From Bacteriovoracaceae bacterium (GTDB lineage: Bacteria > Bdellovibrionota > UBA1018): a DNA stretch of 64,000 nucleotides. A model generated the notes under the pieces. That model did no database searches, was not told the DNA's origin, and saw only the letters and a list, made by a program, of their open reading frames with translations. The stretch is taken from contig CANFJX010000001.1 in assembly GCA_947447665.1 (NCBI GenBank), forward strand, positions 211,911 through 275,910, in the 5' to 3' direction. This document shows, in pieces, positions 49,013 to 59,420 of the stretch. Position numbers and translations under genes: made by a program. Position 1 is the first letter of the stretch. Each line of letters begins with the position of its first letter.

Positions 49013-49849
49013 TCAGGTCAACGTTGAGCCGCGCCTCCTCATAGGGCCAAAAAAGAGGGAAACTGCTACCCAGGTCACCGCGACCATCAAAGTCGATAAA
49101 GCGTTGATTTCTGGCGTCACGCCAAATTTAATCATCGAGTAAATTTTGAGCGGAAGGGTATCTGATCCAGAACCGGCAGTGAAGTAGGTAATCAAAAAAT
49201 CATCAAACGAAAGCGTAAAAGCCATCAAGGCTCCTGAAGTTATCCCAGGTAAAATCAGCGGAAAGGTCACTCTCCAAAAAGACTGCCAAGGAGAAGCTCC
49301 AAGATCACGAGCAGCCTCTAATAGGGCTCCATCAAATCCATCTAATCGGGTCTTCACCGTCATCAAAACATAAGAGGTACTGAACGTGATGTGAGCCAGA
49401 ATCACGGAGACCAAGCCTAATGTCAGATTCAGCAAAACAAACCAGGTGAGAAGCGCCAAACCGAGGACGATTTCTGGCAGCACCAACGGCACATAGGTCA
49501 AAATAGAAAATGCCTTTTTCCCCGGAAAATGCCCCCAACTCAGCGCTAAGGCGGCGCTCGTTCCGAGGAATGTCGCACCTAGGGTACTCCAAAAGCCGAC
49601 TACCCAACTCACCTCGAACGCTTCGAGAATCGCAGGATCAGCGAAAAGCCTGCGGTACCACTCGAGAGTTAAACCGCCTGATGCCCCACTGCCCGAAATC
49701 AACACTCCTGGAACAAAGGAACCCCAGACGAGAGCAGCGATGGGAGCATAAAGTAGAAAAAACCCGAATCCAGCTATTATAGCGCTCGAACGTGAAAAAG
49801 GAAAACTAAGTCGATCCTTAGTCTGCATAAGAAATCGGATCTCCTTCAT
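49013..49849 (-). CDS. ABC transporter permease (PotC/CysW-like)
   Basis: It has six TM helices and the EAA-like loop (LEAARDLGAS). Confidence 0.75.
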   Translation of the reverse strand: MKEIRFLMQTKDRLSFPFSRSSAIIAGFGFFLLYAPIAALVWGSFVPGVLISGSGASGGLTLEWYRRLFADPAILEAFEVSWVVGFWSTLGATFLGTSAALALSWGHFPGKKAFSILTYVPLVLPEIVLGLALLTWFVLLNLTLGLVSVILAHITFSTSYVLMTVKTRLDGFDGALLEAARDLGASPWQSFWRVTFPLILPGITSGALMAFTLSFDDFLITYFTAGSGSDTLPLKIYSMIKFGVTPEINALSTLMVAVTWVAVSLFFGPMRRRGSTLT

Positions 49850-50639
49850 CGCTCCCCTGGAAATGAAAATAAAGAATCAAACTCAGTATTACCATCAGGA
49901 TTAAAACCAGAGAAAGAGAAGAACCAAAGGGCCAATCACGAGTCTTAAGGAACTGCTCCGTAATCAAATTACCAATCAACATCGTTCGTGCCCCGCCGAG
50001 TAAATCCGGGATCACGAACTCACCTAGGGCTGGAGTGAAAACTAAAATTACCCCAGTAACAATCCCCCTTTTTGTTAATGGTAAAAGTACCGACCTAAGC
50101 AACTGCACTCTGGATGCGCCCAAATCCTTGGCTGCCTCCAAGAGTGTAAAATCAAATTTCTCAATCGATACATAAAGCGGCAGGATCATGAAAGGAAGGT
50201 AGTTGGTGACCATCCCCACGAGTACGATCCACGGGCCTGAACTCAGCCCCCCAAACAGCAATTTGGTCGCATACGCTCTCACAACAAAATTAGTCCAGAA
50301 CGGAATCACTACTAAAATTAGGAGCATCGATCTCGTCCGAGGAAGTGAGGTTGCCATCAAGTAAGCCATCGGATACCCCAAGAGGAGACAAAACACTGCA
50401 GTCATAGCTGCCAGCAGGACGCTATTCCCCAAAACTCGCAGGTAGATCCACTCCACGGTCCGTGCATAATTACTAAAACTCCAAGAATAAACTACCCCGC
50501 CGTATAATCCCTTGGTGGCAAAACTGTACGCAATGACGATTCCTAGAGGGATGATTAAAAACCAAAACAACCACCCTACCGTAGGTATGGCAAACCCAGC
50601 GGAGGTCTTCCAATTACCCAAGAGGCGAGTTTGACTCAC
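49818..50639 (-). CDS. ABC transporter permease (PotB/CysT-like)
   Basis: It has six TM helices and the EAA loop (LEAAKDLGAS). Confidence 0.75.
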   Translation of the reverse strand: MSQTRLLGNWKTSAGFAIPTVGWLFWFLIIPLGIVIAYSFATKGLYGGVVYSWSFSNYARTVEWIYLRVLGNSVLLAAMTAVFCLLLGYPMAYLMATSLPRTRSMLLILVVIPFWTNFVVRAYATKLLFGGLSSGPWIVLVGMVTNYLPFMILPLYVSIEKFDFTLLEAAKDLGASRVQLLRSVLLPLTKRGIVTGVILVFTPALGEFVIPDLLGGARTMLIGNLITEQFLKTRDWPFGSSLSLVLILMVILSLILYFHFQGSDEGDPISYAD

Positions 50640-51756
50640 TCTGGCCTCCGATTCCCTGAGATCTCAAAAGAATTCCGTCCTCGGGCAGCCAAGAGATGAA
50701 AACACGCTCACCGAGCTGAAATATTTTCTTTGCGGTCGCTGCCGTATTCGGCTGCTCCACCATCCAAGTAAGTCCACCTTCTCTTGACGAAACAAGAAAT
50801 CGAGTCATCGCCCCTTGGTAGAGAATTTCCTTGAGTACGCCCTCCAGACAATTCACTTCTGGGCCAGGTTGAGTCTTTAAAACCTTTAATTTTTCAGGCC
50901 GAACCATCAGTTTAGCTGAGTCAAGAGGAGTAAGCCGAGGCAAAGGCCTCAAGCCGTCACTGGGTGGTCTAACTGCCAACGGTTTTTTAGAGCATCCCGC
51001 CAAAGAGATCTCGCCTTCTCGAACCTCATGGACACTACCCGCGAAAGTATTCATCGAGCCAATAAACTCAGCCACAAACTCAGTTTTGGGCGATTCGTAT
51101 ATTTCCTGAGGTGTTCCAATTTGCTCGATGACTCCGGAATTCATCACAGCAATGCGATCCGAAAGGGTCAATGCCTCCTCCTGGTCGTGGGTGACAAAGA
51201 TAAAGGTGAGATTAAGACGACGCTGTAATGCCAACAGCTCAACTTGCATTTGTCGTCTCAATTTTAGATCGAGAGCCGAGAGCGGCTCATCTAAAAGCAG
51301 GATCTTGGGTCGATTCACAATGGCCCGCGCCAGCGCGACGCGTTGCTGTTGGCCTCCGGAAAGAGTCGAGACCTCTCGCTCAAAGAAAGTGTCCATTTGA
51401 ACCAAGACTAGTGCCTCAGAAACGCGCTCGGTTAGCTCCCGGGTCTCAACCTTCTTCATTCTTAAGCCGAAGGCCACATTTTCCCAAACATTAAGATGCG
51501 GAAAAAGCGCGTAACGTTGAAACACCGTATTGAACTGGCGCCGATGCGGAGGGAGGCGATCGATTCGCGATCCATCTTGCCAAACCTCTCCTGTGGTAGG
51601 ATCTTCAAATCCGGCCAGGAGACGCAGGAGGGTCGTCTTTCCACAGCCGCTGGGACCCAGCAGAGAGAAAAACTCCCCCGATGACACAGACATTTGGATC
51701 TCTTTTAAAACCCAGTGTTGATCGTATTTCTTGCCGAGACTCTTAACTTCTAACAT
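50614..51756 (-). CDS. ABC transporter ATP-binding protein (PotA/FbpC-like)
   Basis: It has Walker A (GPSGCGKTT), the signature LSGGQQQRVALARA, Walker B and a C-terminal TOBE-like domain. Confidence 0.8.
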   Translation of the reverse strand: MLEVKSLGKKYDQHWVLKEIQMSVSSGEFFSLLGPSGCGKTTLLRLLAGFEDPTTGEVWQDGSRIDRLPPHRRQFNTVFQRYALFPHLNVWENVAFGLRMKKVETRELTERVSEALVLVQMDTFFEREVSTLSGGQQQRVALARAIVNRPKILLLDEPLSALDLKLRRQMQVELLALQRRLNLTFIFVTHDQEEALTLSDRIAVMNSGVIEQIGTPQEIYESPKTEFVAEFIGSMNTFAGSVHEVREGEISLAGCSKKPLAVRPPSDGLRPLPRLTPLDSAKLMVRPEKLKVLKTQPGPEVNCLEGVLKEILYQGAMTRFLVSSREGGLTWMVEQPNTAATAKKIFQLGERVFISWLPEDGILLRSQGIGGQSESNSPLG

Positions 51757-51809
51757 TCCAACAAGAAAGCCTATGGGGGTCCTAGAAAAAAATCAATTCA
51801 ATTCAGGTC

Positions 51810-52055
51810 TTACTTACCCTTATTGGATTTAGACGGAGAAGCTACCTTGCTAGCGGAAACTGTGTCACTCACGACACTCTTGCCTGTAACATCAGAACCA
51901 GCCGCGCAATCGGGCTCGCCGCTCTGCCCTGTCCCAACTTGCCCTGCCGCTTCAGAATCACCGGATAGCCTTGAATTCTCTGCTGCGAAACCTGGGGCAC
52001 TCAGGGCTGAAATTAAAACCAAGCTCAAACCAGAAATTTTAATAAAGTTTTTCAT
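51810..52055 (-). CDS. Small secreted Gly/Ser-rich, likely disordered protein (Bdellovibrio hit-locus Bd0108-like by position)
   Basis: It has a signal peptide (LVLISALSAPGFAAE) and a low-complexity mature region. It lies immediately upstream of the YD-repeat gene and the Tad cluster. Confidence 0.45.
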   Translation of the reverse strand: MKNFIKISGLSLVLISALSAPGFAAENSRLSGDSEAAGQVGTGQSGEPDCAAGSDVTGKSVVSDTVSASKVASPSKSNKGK

Positions 52056-52090
52056 AAAATCCTCTCATACATATTTTATGTTTATATATA

Positions 52091-53800
52091 TCAAAAAGCA
52101 AGACTTACTCCAGCCGGCCTAATGATATCTAGAAGACCCTGAAACGAGGTCGTCACCTGGGCAGCCACCTTTTTTCCGGCCTGACTGCTCACTTCCTTGA
52201 TCCCACCACTATTGTTGTAAGTAACTGTAATTGAGCCCAAAGCTGGGTCAGAAATTTCGATTGGCTTTGAGATCTCATTATACTTAAAATTGATCTGCTC
52301 TTTATTTTGATCAATCAGCGTTCGAATTCGACCTAGACCATCGTAAATCAACTTAACACCTTTACCTTCTGAGTTTTTAGCGAATGATAAATTCCCCTTA
52401 GAATCGTATTGAAACTCAGACCAAATTGATTTCTTCTTATCTTTGACAGGATACTTGACCACGCGATCTACCTTATTAGCTTTCTGATCGTAGTGCAGCT
52501 CCGTCACTTCATAGGGCGTTGTCTTCTTGGTGACATGCCCCTTAGCATCATAGACGAACTGAGTCTCATCGCTCCCCTGCTTAATCACCAGAGGCAACCC
52601 GCAACACTCGCTATAGGTGGTCTCCACCTTATCCCCATCAAAATCAGCAATCAACTTATAGGTCCACTCCTCACCCGTTGGCTTGACCTTGGTCAGATAC
52701 TGATACTTACTCTGCGACAGGACTTCCGATCCCTTCTTACTTACAACAGAAACTGAACTATTACCCTTATTTGCTGAGTTACTCCCGTAATCATACTCAG
52801 TCACAGTTCCATCACGATCTTTAACTCTCAGAACGTTCTCCTGCCGATCCATTCCATAATAACTAATGTTCATTGCAGTTTTGTCGACGTACCCAATCTC
52901 AATCATATTATGACGCCGTTGATCATCATAACGATAGCTATAGCTGTTACCGTCGACGTCCTTGCTCTGAGTGAGCTCGCCACCAGCGTTATAAGTGTAA
53001 ACAGCTGACTTCCCGCCCTCGCCGTCCATCTGAGAGACTAAACCCTGACTATTGTATGAAAAAAACATTTTCCGATTTAAGTTATCGACCAATTTTTTTA
53101 GATGTCCGTCGGCGCCGTATTCAAAGGCAATGTAATTTCCGTTTTTATCTGAAATTTTTGATAAATGTCCTTGATTATTAAATTTCTCAACCCGACCCGA
53201 ATCGGCCAAATTCCGCACATAACCGTCGCTCGTTTTAGTTATGTACTGATAGTTAAAACGATTGGACTGCAACTGAGTCCCCGTAGCAAGTTCCCGCGCC
53301 TTGATCTTTCCCTGAGCTTTAAATGCTTCCCACTGCTGATTTCTAAAGGAGGCATCGGCTCGCAGCCGACTCTTGTAATCGACTAATTGTGCTGCAGTGC
53401 CCAAGGTTCCCTCCTGCTGAGCCACCTTGGCAAGGCTATCGACTGCTTTCTCTAGCTCAGAGGCACTGAAGGCGAGGGGATTAAACCGATTCTCAGCCCC
53501 TCCGCCATATTCATGAACCACCACGCTGCCATCGGCAGATACGGTTAGATAAACCTCGAACTCATTACCCCAACCCCACCCAAACATTCCACGATAGGGA
53601 CTTTTTGAGTTATAAACACGCTCCAGTTTGGTTTCAAATCCACCGCTATAGATGGCGTCGGTATAGGCGATGAAAAAATTTCCATTCTTCAAGCTAACAT
53701 TTGCCTGCAAATCTTGCCCACCAAAAAAAACACCCAGAGTCACCAACATGGTGATGCCAAAATTTAATTTCATTGCGTGAATACCCCCAAAAAAGAACAA
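52091..53800 (-). CDS. Secreted YD-repeat (RHS-family repeat) protein without a recognisable C-terminal toxin domain
   Basis: It has a signal peptide and multiple YD repeats (YDAKGHVTKKT, YRYDDQRR, YTYNAGGELTQSKDVDGN); 569 aa. Confidence 0.7.
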   Translation of the reverse strand: MFFFGGIHAMKLNFGITMLVTLGVFFGGQDLQANVSLKNGNFFIAYTDAIYSGGFETKLERVYNSKSPYRGMFGWGWGNEFEVYLTVSADGSVVVHEYGGGAENRFNPLAFSASELEKAVDSLAKVAQQEGTLGTAAQLVDYKSRLRADASFRNQQWEAFKAQGKIKARELATGTQLQSNRFNYQYITKTSDGYVRNLADSGRVEKFNNQGHLSKISDKNGNYIAFEYGADGHLKKLVDNLNRKMFFSYNSQGLVSQMDGEGGKSAVYTYNAGGELTQSKDVDGNSYSYRYDDQRRHNMIEIGYVDKTAMNISYYGMDRQENVLRVKDRDGTVTEYDYGSNSANKGNSSVSVVSKKGSEVLSQSKYQYLTKVKPTGEEWTYKLIADFDGDKVETTYSECCGLPLVIKQGSDETQFVYDAKGHVTKKTTPYEVTELHYDQKANKVDRVVKYPVKDKKKSIWSEFQYDSKGNLSFAKNSEGKGVKLIYDGLGRIRTLIDQNKEQINFKYNEISKPIEISDPALGSITVTYNNSGGIKEVSSQAGKKVAAQVTTSFQGLLDIIRPAGVSLAF

Positions 53801-53809
53801 AAATTAAAA

Positions 53810-54670
53810 TCAAACGTCAATCTTAACCACTCTCATGATGACAAAGAAACCCGCAATTTCCAATACTATAATTACCAAAATACATAACCACCCTAGAGGA
53901 GTGGTAAAGAGGGGCCTCATCAGATCTGGGTCAGATTGATTCAGTATAAAGCCCAGAATCGGTGGAAGTGACATGACCAGAACCCCTTGATAAAATCCCT
54001 GGGCGGTCAGTGCCGCAATCTTATTCTCGACCTTAATTCGCTCTCGAATCGTAGTCACAATCGTATCAAAGGTCTCCGCCAAGTTTCCGCCGGTCTCCCT
54101 CAAGATATTTACCGAAGTCACAAACATTTCCACATCATCTGCGGGTATTCGTTTGGCAAGGCTCAAAAATGCATCCTCGATGGAAACACCCAACTTATTT
54201 TCACTCAGCACCAAGTTAAACTCCTGCTGAATCGGATTCGGCATTTCTTGACTCACGAGAGCCAAAGATTGGACCACTGATAGCCCCGACTTAAGCCCAT
54301 TAGACATCAAACTCAGACCGTCAACCATTTGAAGTACAAATCGATTCACTCTCCTTAAGTAATACCAATCGACTACCGGTTTAGGCGCCTTCCACCCAAT
54401 TACAGTCGTAACAATCGCGATTGGCAACCCTGGAATAATATTAGGTAAGAATGAAATAAATACAATTGATCCGAGACCGAAACTAAGTAAGAAGAGCCCG
54501 ATCAGAATCCTTTCAGAGGGCACTTCTATGAACATCATTGCCAGCTTCTCTACAATATAGTCACGAGTCCCAAGAGACTGAAATCGGAGCCAATCGAAAA
54601 ATCGGTTGCTATAGTGGTAAGCAAATAAAAAGCATGAAATTCCAAAAAGTAAGATTCCTATTAACTTCAT
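53810..54670 (-). CDS. tadC: Tad/Flp pilus assembly inner-membrane platform protein (TadB/TadC, T2SS-F family)
   Basis: It has the polytopic GspF-like domain and lies in the Tad cluster. Confidence 0.7.
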   Translation of the reverse strand: MKLIGILLFGISCFLFAYHYSNRFFDWLRFQSLGTRDYIVEKLAMMFIEVPSERILIGLFLLSFGLGSIVFISFLPNIIPGLPIAIVTTVIGWKAPKPVVDWYYLRRVNRFVLQMVDGLSLMSNGLKSGLSVVQSLALVSQEMPNPIQQEFNLVLSENKLGVSIEDAFLSLAKRIPADDVEMFVTSVNILRETGGNLAETFDTIVTTIRERIKVENKIAALTAQGFYQGVLVMSLPPILGFILNQSDPDLMRPLFTTPLGWLCILVIIVLEIAGFFVIMRVVKIDV

Positions 54671-54691
54671 TTTTAGCTCATTTCTAAAAAA

Positions 54692-56851
54692 TTATTTGGA
54701 GGCAAAGAGTCCTCTTGAAATTTTCATTCCCTTGGCTTCCATTTCTTCTACAAACTTTGGAATAAACCCTGTTGGAACAAATCTTCCGATAATCTTACGC
54801 TTCTTATCGAGCCCTTCTTGTTTGAAAACAAAAATATCCTGAAGGCTCACAACCTCGCCTTGCATCCCTACCACTTCAGTTATATAGGTTACCTTTCTGG
54901 CGCCGTCTCCCAGCCGAGACTGCTGAATAATCAAGCCGACAGCCGAAGCAATGTTTTCACGAATCGCCTTAGGAGACAAACCCAACCCTGCCATCATCAC
55001 TAGGGTCTCTAGCCTTGCTAGGCATTCCCTAGGATTATTAGAGTGAAGGGTTGTCAATGATCCGGAATGACCGGTGTTCATAGCCGATAGCATATCCAAT
55101 GCCTCACCACCTCGGCACTCTCCAACCACAATTCGATCTGGTCGCATTCGGAGGCAGCACTTAATCAGATCACGAATGCTCACCTCGCCCTCACCCTCAA
55201 TATTTTTAGGACGAGTCTCCAATCGAACCACATGCTCCTGACCCAGCTGGAGCTCAGCTGAGTCCTCGACGGTGATAATTCTCTCGGTGGAGGGAATAAA
55301 GTTAGACAACACGTTCAACAACGTGGTCTTACCAGAGCCAGTGCCTCCCGACACCACAATATTGAGCTTGGCCTCAACGCAACACCGAAGAAAATCCGCA
55401 ATTTCTTCGGTAATCGAACCAAACTGAATTAAATCCTTATACTCGATCCGCTTCTTTGGAAATTTTCGAATCGTGATGGTAGGGCCCCGGAGCGCTAAGG
55501 GCGGGATAATCACATGAACTCGCGAGCCGTCTTGAAGGCGAGCATCCACGTAGGGAACCTTCTCATCTACCCTCCGTCCGAGCGGAGTCACGATTCGCTC
55601 GATGACATTCATCATTTGACTCTCGCTCGAGAAATTGACCTTAGACATCTGAGGCTTTCCGCCTTTTTCAATATAGATTTGGTCCCGGGCGTTCACCATG
55701 ATTTCAGTGACACTATCATCGGCTAGCAAGTCCTCAAGCGGCCCAAGTCCGAGAGCCTCATCGAGGACTTCCTTCAACATTTGAGCCTTGAGCTCCCGAC
55801 TACTAAGTAAAGCATTCGTATCTTCTTTACCTAAAATATCTAAGACTGCCTTCTGAGTCCTCTCACGAAGTACCGCACGCTGCTTAGAGTCGCTCGTATC
55901 GGTATTCATCTTTTTAAGATCCATTTGATCCACTAATGCCTTATGGATCCTCAGCTTCATTGCCGTCCACGGGTCGAGCTGAGCTGCTGAACTCCGACCA
56001 AAAGGACTCCCGCCTCCATCCTTATTAGAGAGAGCAACAGATTCTTGTCCCACGCCCTGTGCCTTGGCAACAACACCGGTCGGCTTTTTGAGCCGACCTA
56101 GTGTCTCAAGGAGGTTACTCTGTTGCATCTTTCGAACAATGTCATGGTAAGCTCTTGCGATCGGCGTCCCAGCGGCTGAGATACAAAGGGGAGTACTCTT
56201 GGCGAGCGAGCCCTCGCACGTCCCAACGTCATCAGGGAGAGCCGCGTAGATAGGCCTACCAAGATTTTTTTGAATCATCTGAGGATTAACGAAATTATTT
56301 TGGGAATACCTATTAATGATGACTTGCACCATCTCGGGAGGGAAGAGTAGCTCCTGAATTTTTGTAAGTATTCTCCTGGTTTGATTGATTACGATTAAGT
56401 CGGGAGAAGTAACGACAAAAATGAGAGTCGCAAACTCAAAGGTCTTAAACGCCGCCGCCTCGGTCCCATTCCCGCAATCAATCACAACGTAATTGAAAAC
56501 CTGGGTAATCGCCTTGAGAAACCTCCCTAACCCGTCCAGATCAATATCTCGAGCTACAATGGCATCTCTAGGCGCCCCAATGTAGCTATAACCCGCTGCT
56601 GTATTCACCATAAAAGGGGCAAGCGTCTTTGGATCGACAGGGCCTGGTGGCATTTTAGAAACGTCAACAATGTTCTTCTGAGGGTTTTGACCAAGAATAA
56701 TATTCTGATCCCCCAGACTCGCCAAATCGAGATCCACAATCAGAGGCCTCTGCTTAAACTCGAGCAAGTGAGATATCGCGAGGTTCGCTGCAAAGACGCT
56801 CTTTCCAACTCCCCCCTTACCTCCTACAACAGCTATAATGTGTCCAGCCAT
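54692..56851 (-). CDS. Fused TadZ/CpaE-like ParA/MinD ATPase plus TadA/CpaF secretion ATPase
   Basis: The N-terminal 270 aa carry the deviant Walker [12 protein letters not shown] (MinD/ParA/CpaE type). The C-terminal 400 aa carry the CpaF Walker [18 protein letters not shown], Walker B and His box. Confidence 0.8.
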   Translation of the reverse strand: MAGHIIAVVGGKGGVGKSVFAANLAISHLLEFKQRPLIVDLDLASLGDQNIILGQNPQKNIVDVSKMPPGPVDPKTLAPFMVNTAAGYSYIGAPRDAIVARDIDLDGLGRFLKAITQVFNYVVIDCGNGTEAAAFKTFEFATLIFVVTSPDLIVINQTRRILTKIQELLFPPEMVQVIINRYSQNNFVNPQMIQKNLGRPIYAALPDDVGTCEGSLAKSTPLCISAAGTPIARAYHDIVRKMQQSNLLETLGRLKKPTGVVAKAQGVGQESVALSNKDGGGSPFGRSSAAQLDPWTAMKLRIHKALVDQMDLKKMNTDTSDSKQRAVLRERTQKAVLDILGKEDTNALLSSRELKAQMLKEVLDEALGLGPLEDLLADDSVTEIMVNARDQIYIEKGGKPQMSKVNFSSESQMMNVIERIVTPLGRRVDEKVPYVDARLQDGSRVHVIIPPLALRGPTITIRKFPKKRIEYKDLIQFGSITEEIADFLRCCVEAKLNIVVSGGTGSGKTTLLNVLSNFIPSTERIITVEDSAELQLGQEHVVRLETRPKNIEGEGEVSIRDLIKCCLRMRPDRIVVGECRGGEALDMLSAMNTGHSGSLTTLHSNNPRECLARLETLVMMAGLGLSPKAIRENIASAVGLIIQQSRLGDGARKVTYITEVVGMQGEVVSLQDIFVFKQEGLDKKRKIIGRFVPTGFIPKFVEEMEAKGMKISRGLFASK

Positions 56852-56869
56852 GAAATTCCGACCCCCAAT

Positions 56870-58573
56870 TCAGTTAACTTTTACTCTGAAATTTTTCTTT
56901 AGATCCTCGGTCCCATCAGATGCGTTCTCTATAATCTGTGGGGTAACAAAAATAACAAAGTTACTCTTATTTTTTCGATACGCCTTAGAATGCAGCAAAT
57001 TAAATAAGGGAACCGTGGTATTGCTTGATGTTCCGGAAGCGCCCCCAGTTGGGTCGTCCTTGTTAAATTCCGTCGCGACGTTCTGACCGTTTACCCCAGC
57101 AATGGCTGCACTTTCATTCGACTTAACGTAAACCTTGGTATTCACTTTATGGGTGGCAGTCACAGGCGCACCACCACTTGTAGAAGCCTGACCCACTAAG
57201 TCTGTCTGATCAAGTTCCATATCCATTTGAATATCTTCACTTTGTCCTAGGATCTGCGGAGTCACTGCCACGGAGAGCCCGACTGCCTTGCTTTGGCTAG
57301 TCATTTGGCCATTTTGGCCAGCAACCAGAAATGGATACTCCGTCTGCTCTTTTAGGGTGGCGGGCTGCCCGCTACGAACCACCAAGGTCCCCGTTTTAAG
57401 AACTCTTGCATATCCAGCAGTCTGAAGACTACTTAACTTCGGAAGCAGACTTGAGACAGTCCCCCCGAAAGATGCCGCATTAGCACTACTACCGGCTGCG
57501 CCCGCGGCATTCTGGCCAATAGTAATATAGGGGTCAGAGGTAAATCCAGGCTGCCACTTAAATCCAAAAACTTTATTATAATCCTTGGCTAACTCTACGA
57601 AGTGGACTGTTACACGAACGAGTTTTTCATTTTTCCTAGGCGGCGCTGGTAGCACCATAATAAAATTTTGTACTAAATTTCGTTGAGCAACCCGCTGAGC
57701 AGTCAAGTCCTTCTCTAAAAGAGTACTCGGCTTGATCTCAGGAAGATAAAGGGAGGCAATCTGGGCAGCTCGTTTCGCCTCATCTAATGAATTGGTCGTG
57801 CCCTCTAAAAAAATCATCCCGTTCACCACTCGAGTTCTCACGTTGGGGGCGAATGCAGAAATATCACCTTGAATTCGATTGGCTAAGAACTGCATCGCCA
57901 AGGGCGATAGCACCGTTAGATTCATAACAAAATCGAGATAGGTTTTATCTGAGATCACTGCATAAAGGCGGCCGTAATCGGCAGGAACCAAAACCTCACC
58001 TTCGATCACAATTTTAGGACCTACGATTCTGATAGTAATACCTTCAATATCTCGGAGTAGGTCCGTGACTTCGGCCTTAATCCTGAGCAAGTTGCTCCCA
58101 GTAACCCGAACCACAAATATAATGCCAATATTGCCTTCTTCATCTCTGATCGTCACAGTCGTTTCGCCAGCCTTCAGAGGCTTCAATACCACCTGCTTCC
58201 GATCCCCAATCTTAGCTAGAGTTGCTGTCACAACGAGAGGATTTCCATAGCTAATACCAGCGGGTGTCATGTTCGCGTCGAAATTTAGATCGACCGCTTT
58301 ATCCTCCCCTGTCGTTAACAAGAGCCGACGCCTATCGGCAACCTCCTCAGACTGATCGTAGGTAACTCGAGACTTCCTATATTTTTTCTGCAGTGGTCCG
58401 GACGCACTAGGGTCAGCGGATTGAGCAGGAGCACTCCGTGGTCTGTCCGAAGCGGCTGGCTGGCCTGCTACCACTCCAGACTGAGCGTCTTCAGCCCGAG
58501 CAAAACCCATGAACGAAGTAAAAATAACTAAAGTCGCTGAAATCAAAATAGTGATTGTATATTTAGTCTTCAA
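56870..58573 (-). CDS. cpaC: Tad pilus secretin CpaC/RcpA
   Basis: It has a signal peptide and a C-terminal secretin domain (...TVPLFNLLHSKAYRKNKSNFVIFVTPQII). Confidence 0.8.
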   Translation of the reverse strand: MKTKYTITILISATLVIFTSFMGFARAEDAQSGVVAGQPAASDRPRSAPAQSADPSASGPLQKKYRKSRVTYDQSEEVADRRRLLLTTGEDKAVDLNFDANMTPAGISYGNPLVVTATLAKIGDRKQVVLKPLKAGETTVTIRDEEGNIGIIFVVRVTGSNLLRIKAEVTDLLRDIEGITIRIVGPKIVIEGEVLVPADYGRLYAVISDKTYLDFVMNLTVLSPLAMQFLANRIQGDISAFAPNVRTRVVNGMIFLEGTTNSLDEAKRAAQIASLYLPEIKPSTLLEKDLTAQRVAQRNLVQNFIMVLPAPPRKNEKLVRVTVHFVELAKDYNKVFGFKWQPGFTSDPYITIGQNAAGAAGSSANAASFGGTVSSLLPKLSSLQTAGYARVLKTGTLVVRSGQPATLKEQTEYPFLVAGQNGQMTSQSKAVGLSVAVTPQILGQSEDIQMDMELDQTDLVGQASTSGGAPVTATHKVNTKVYVKSNESAAIAGVNGQNVATEFNKDDPTGGASGTSSNTTVPLFNLLHSKAYRKNKSNFVIFVTPQIIENASDGTEDLKKNFRVKVN

Positions 58574-59406
58574 CGCTTTACTCCCTGACTCTTAGCCTTC
58601 GCGATCGCTTCTGCGCCAACCACATCAACCAAGCCTGCCATTGGAAGCGGAACACGCTCTAAATCATCGTTATTCCTCAGTGCCACCGAAAGTGCGTTAT
58701 CACCATTATTAATCAAAATCGCGAGAGTCTGAACCTGAGCCGGCTCAACCTCGACTGTTACGGTGGAAAAAGTAAAGTCATCAGCCAGCGACTTAACTCG
58801 CTCTTTCCCGCCCATGGGATCGATCTCGACACTTCGGGCCACATTATTCGTGATATAGTGTCCAGTTGCCAATACAACCAGATCTTGCAACACGGTCTTG
58901 GCAACCTTGTTTTCCTTTCCTGCACCCACATCGACCACCGCAACTAGATCGATTCGATCCCCGGGCTTAATCAACTTAGACACCCCAGTCAGGTCATTAA
59001 TAGGGATTGAGTAGGCTCGTTTACCTGGAGTTACCTGCGTCGAAAGGCCTGTTCGAGTTCCAGGCTCAGTCATTTTATTGTAGGTAATCTGCTCACCCTT
59101 CTTAATAGGAACCACTGCAATGCTCCCGGCGATTCCCCTCAGGGTCTTGGAAGTCTCCTTCTCGTCTTCCTTCTTTTCTAGGGAAATAGAGGATGGCTCT
59201 AAGTACCTTTTTGGAATGGGCTTAAACTCGAGCATCGGCTCGTTTATCGTCTCCATCTCAAGAATATCTTTTTTAGCAACTAGCACTAAAACCTCTGAGC
59301 CATTTCGCTTCTTAGCTTCATCCTCAATACTCGACACGTAGCTGTTCATAAAAATGACTGCTATGATGGCAAATAGGGCAGCAAATCTAACTGTTTTGTT
59401 ATTCAT
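58570..59406 (-). CDS. cpaB: Flp pilus assembly protein CpaB/RcpC
   Basis: It has an N-terminal TM followed by SAF-like domains. It is translationally coupled to cpaC. Confidence 0.7.
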   Translation of the reverse strand: MNNKTVRFAALFAIIAVIFMNSYVSSIEDEAKKRNGSEVLVLVAKKDILEMETINEPMLEFKPIPKRYLEPSSISLEKKEDEKETSKTLRGIAGSIAVVPIKKGEQITYNKMTEPGTRTGLSTQVTPGKRAYSIPINDLTGVSKLIKPGDRIDLVAVVDVGAGKENKVAKTVLQDLVVLATGHYITNNVARSVEIDPMGGKERVKSLADDFTFSTVTVEVEPAQVQTLAILINNGDNALSVALRNNDDLERVPLPMAGLVDVVGAEAIAKAKSQGVKR

Positions 59407-59420
59407 TCTTCACCTTCTCC

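Noticed and set aside
52091-53800. YD-repeat protein as an RHS polymorphic toxin with an immunity gene
   Set aside because: At 569 aa it has no RHS core/PxxxxDPxGL cleavage motif or C-terminal toxin domain. The downstream small ORF is secreted, which is not immunity-like. It fits a Bd0109-like structural/regulatory pilus partner better.
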